Source of the DNA: an uncultured bacterium
GTDB taxonomy: Bacteria > Acidobacteriota > Thermoanaerobaculia > Multivoradales > J023
Reading direction: 5' to 3'
NCBI GenBank assembly: GCA_937948815.1
Contig: CALFAM010000308.1
Location: 5,817 to 69,816, forward strand
DNA length: 64,000 nucleotides
Shown here: in pieces, positions 62,767-64,000 of the stretch
How positions within the stretch are numbered: the first letter of the stretch is position 1
Layout of the letters: each line of letters begins with the position of its first letter
The notes under the pieces: model-generated
Database searches by the model: none
Told to the model about the DNA's origin: nothing
What the model saw: the letters and a program-made list of their open reading frames with translations, nothing else
Position numbers and translations under genes: made by a program

Positions 62767-64000
62767 CTAGGCCGTGCGCATGAAGTGCCAGCGCAGCTCG
62801 CGGGGGAAGGCCTGGAAGACTTCGGGGTGGACCCGGTCGGCGAATTCGCGGAGGGCCTGAGCGATCTTCTGGCCGCGCGCGACGCGCTCGATGGCCTCGG
62901 CGGCGTCCCGGCCGGCGCGGCTGATGTACGTCTGCCAGATGGCCTGGCGGGGGGACATGGTCCCCAAGGTCACGTTGGGTATGCGGGCGGCACCACGCTT
63001 GAGGTGGGCGAGCTTGCGTTTGAGCGTTCGCTCGTCGGCCATGGGCTCACGCTGCCAGGGCGTGTAGGGCTTGGGGATCAAGACGTTCGTGCCCAGGTGG
63101 ATGTTGCCGACGATCCCGGTCTTCCGCCCTTCCTCGACCATGATGCGCTGACAATCCGCGGCCAGCTCGAGAATCGCCTCCACGTCCTCTTCCGTCTCTT
63201 GCGGCAAGCCGACGATGAAGTAGAGCTTGAGGCCGGTGAAACCGTGGCGAAAGATCAGCCGCACTTTTTCGAGCAGCACGGCATTCGGAATCGGCTTGTT
63301 CATGATGAAGCGCAGCCGATCGCTGCCGGTCTCGGGCGCCAGGGTGATCGAGCGTGCTCCTGACTCGTAGAGCGGAATCAGGGTCTCCTCTTTGACCGCG
63401 GGAATGCGGATCGACGACACCGAGGAGCGAAAACCCTGTTCGTTCGCGTAGTGCAGGATGCGCGCGATCTCCGGATGGTCGCCGACAGCCGTGGCCACGA
63501 AGCCGACCTGGTCGGTGATCGCGCGGACCTGCTCCATGCCTTCGAGAATGAAGTCGACCGGGTGCCAGCGGAACTTGCCCATGCCAAAGGTCGCCCAGCA
63601 GTATTTGCACTTCTCGGGGCAACCGCGGGACATCTCGATCAGCGCCTTGTTGGCGAACTCGGTGTGCGGGGTGACGATCGGGCTGACGGGCAGGTGCCCG
63701 GGTTTGCGCATCTGGTCGGCGCCGATCTCTCGCTTGTGCAGCTTCGGCAGCGCGTCGTCCGACTCGGGCTGATGGTGGGCGGGCACGAAGAATCCGGGCG
63801 TCTCGGCCAGACGCGCGATGACGGCATCGCGGTGCGGCTCTTCGGCGATCGCATCGAGCATGGCCGTGAGCAGGTTCTCGGCCGCGCCGAGGGCAAATAC
63901 GTCGACGAAGGCGGCCATCGGCAACGGGTTGATCGCCGCGCAAGAGCCGCCCATGATCACCACCGGATGCCAGGGCGTGCGCGCCTCGCGACGCGCGGGA
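62767..64000 (-). CDS. Radical SAM protein (B12-binding type), 5' end outside the window
   Basis: EMSRGCPEKCKYC (CxxxCxxC), ITLAPETGS, KLYFIVGLP.ET, PKPYTP. Confidence 0.85.
   Translation of the reverse strand, partial: PARREARTPWHPVVIMGGSCAAINPLPMAAFVDVFALGAAENLLTAMLDAIAEEPHRDAVIARLAETPGFFVPAHHQPESDDALPKLHKREIGADQMRKPGHLPVSPIVTPHTEFANKALIEMSRGCPEKCKYCWATFGMGKFRWHPVDFILEGMEQVRAITDQVGFVATAVGDHPEIARILHYANEQGFRSSVSSIRIPAVKEETLIPLYESGARSITLAPETGSDRLRFIMNKPIPNAVLLEKVRLIFRHGFTGLKLYFIVGLPQETEEDVEAILELAADCQRIMVEEGRKTGIVGNIHLGTNVLIPKPYTPWQREPMADERTLKRKLAHLKRGAARIPNVTLGTMSPRQAIWQTYISRAGRDAAEAIERVARGQKIAQALREFADRVHPEVFQAFPRELRWHFMRTA

Overview
GC-rich, mostly housekeeping bacterial chromosome segment. 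It most likely comes from Acidobacteriota, possibly Thermoanaerobaculia-like; this is inferred from two tandem acidobacterial-type VWA proteins and the layout of the T2SS/T4P-like cluster. Contents in order: yidD, a SAM-methyltransferase-bshC-bshB1 bacillithiol operon, two VWA proteins, dusB, tmRNA (tag ANDNVALAA), mtnA, pta-purD, ricT(PSP1)-hfq-like, queDE, acnA, yqgE-SDR, and dut. Next comes a PilM/N/O/P-secretin-pseudopilin-ATPase-PilC cluster headed by an ECF sigma, a zinc anti-sigma and a stand-alone secretin-N protein. Then waaA-lpxK plus a degenerate LpxL-like gene, biotin carboxylase/BCCP, a GT-C membrane protein, ychF, tldD/tldE, panB-E-C-D, a carboxyltransferase, rpiB-glyA-folC, a PD40 lipoprotein and a radical SAM gene. 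No CRISPR array, rRNA, tRNA, integrase or transposase was seen. Highlights: (1) a hidden exported selenoprotein (in-frame UGA in W-U-A-G-C followed by a SECIS-like hairpin) fusing redoxin, TPR-like and DsbD-alpha-like domains; (2) a locus of two small secreted Cys-rich proteins, a TIGR02999-type ECF sigma and a membrane Ser/Thr kinase with TPRs, a candidate peptide-receptor kinase-sigma circuit; (3) an orphan CU-rich sRNA candidate near hfq; (4) a probable N-methyl-bacillithiol operon; (5) a recurring leaderless-type promoter architecture. All calls come from reading motifs by eye; no database searches were run.
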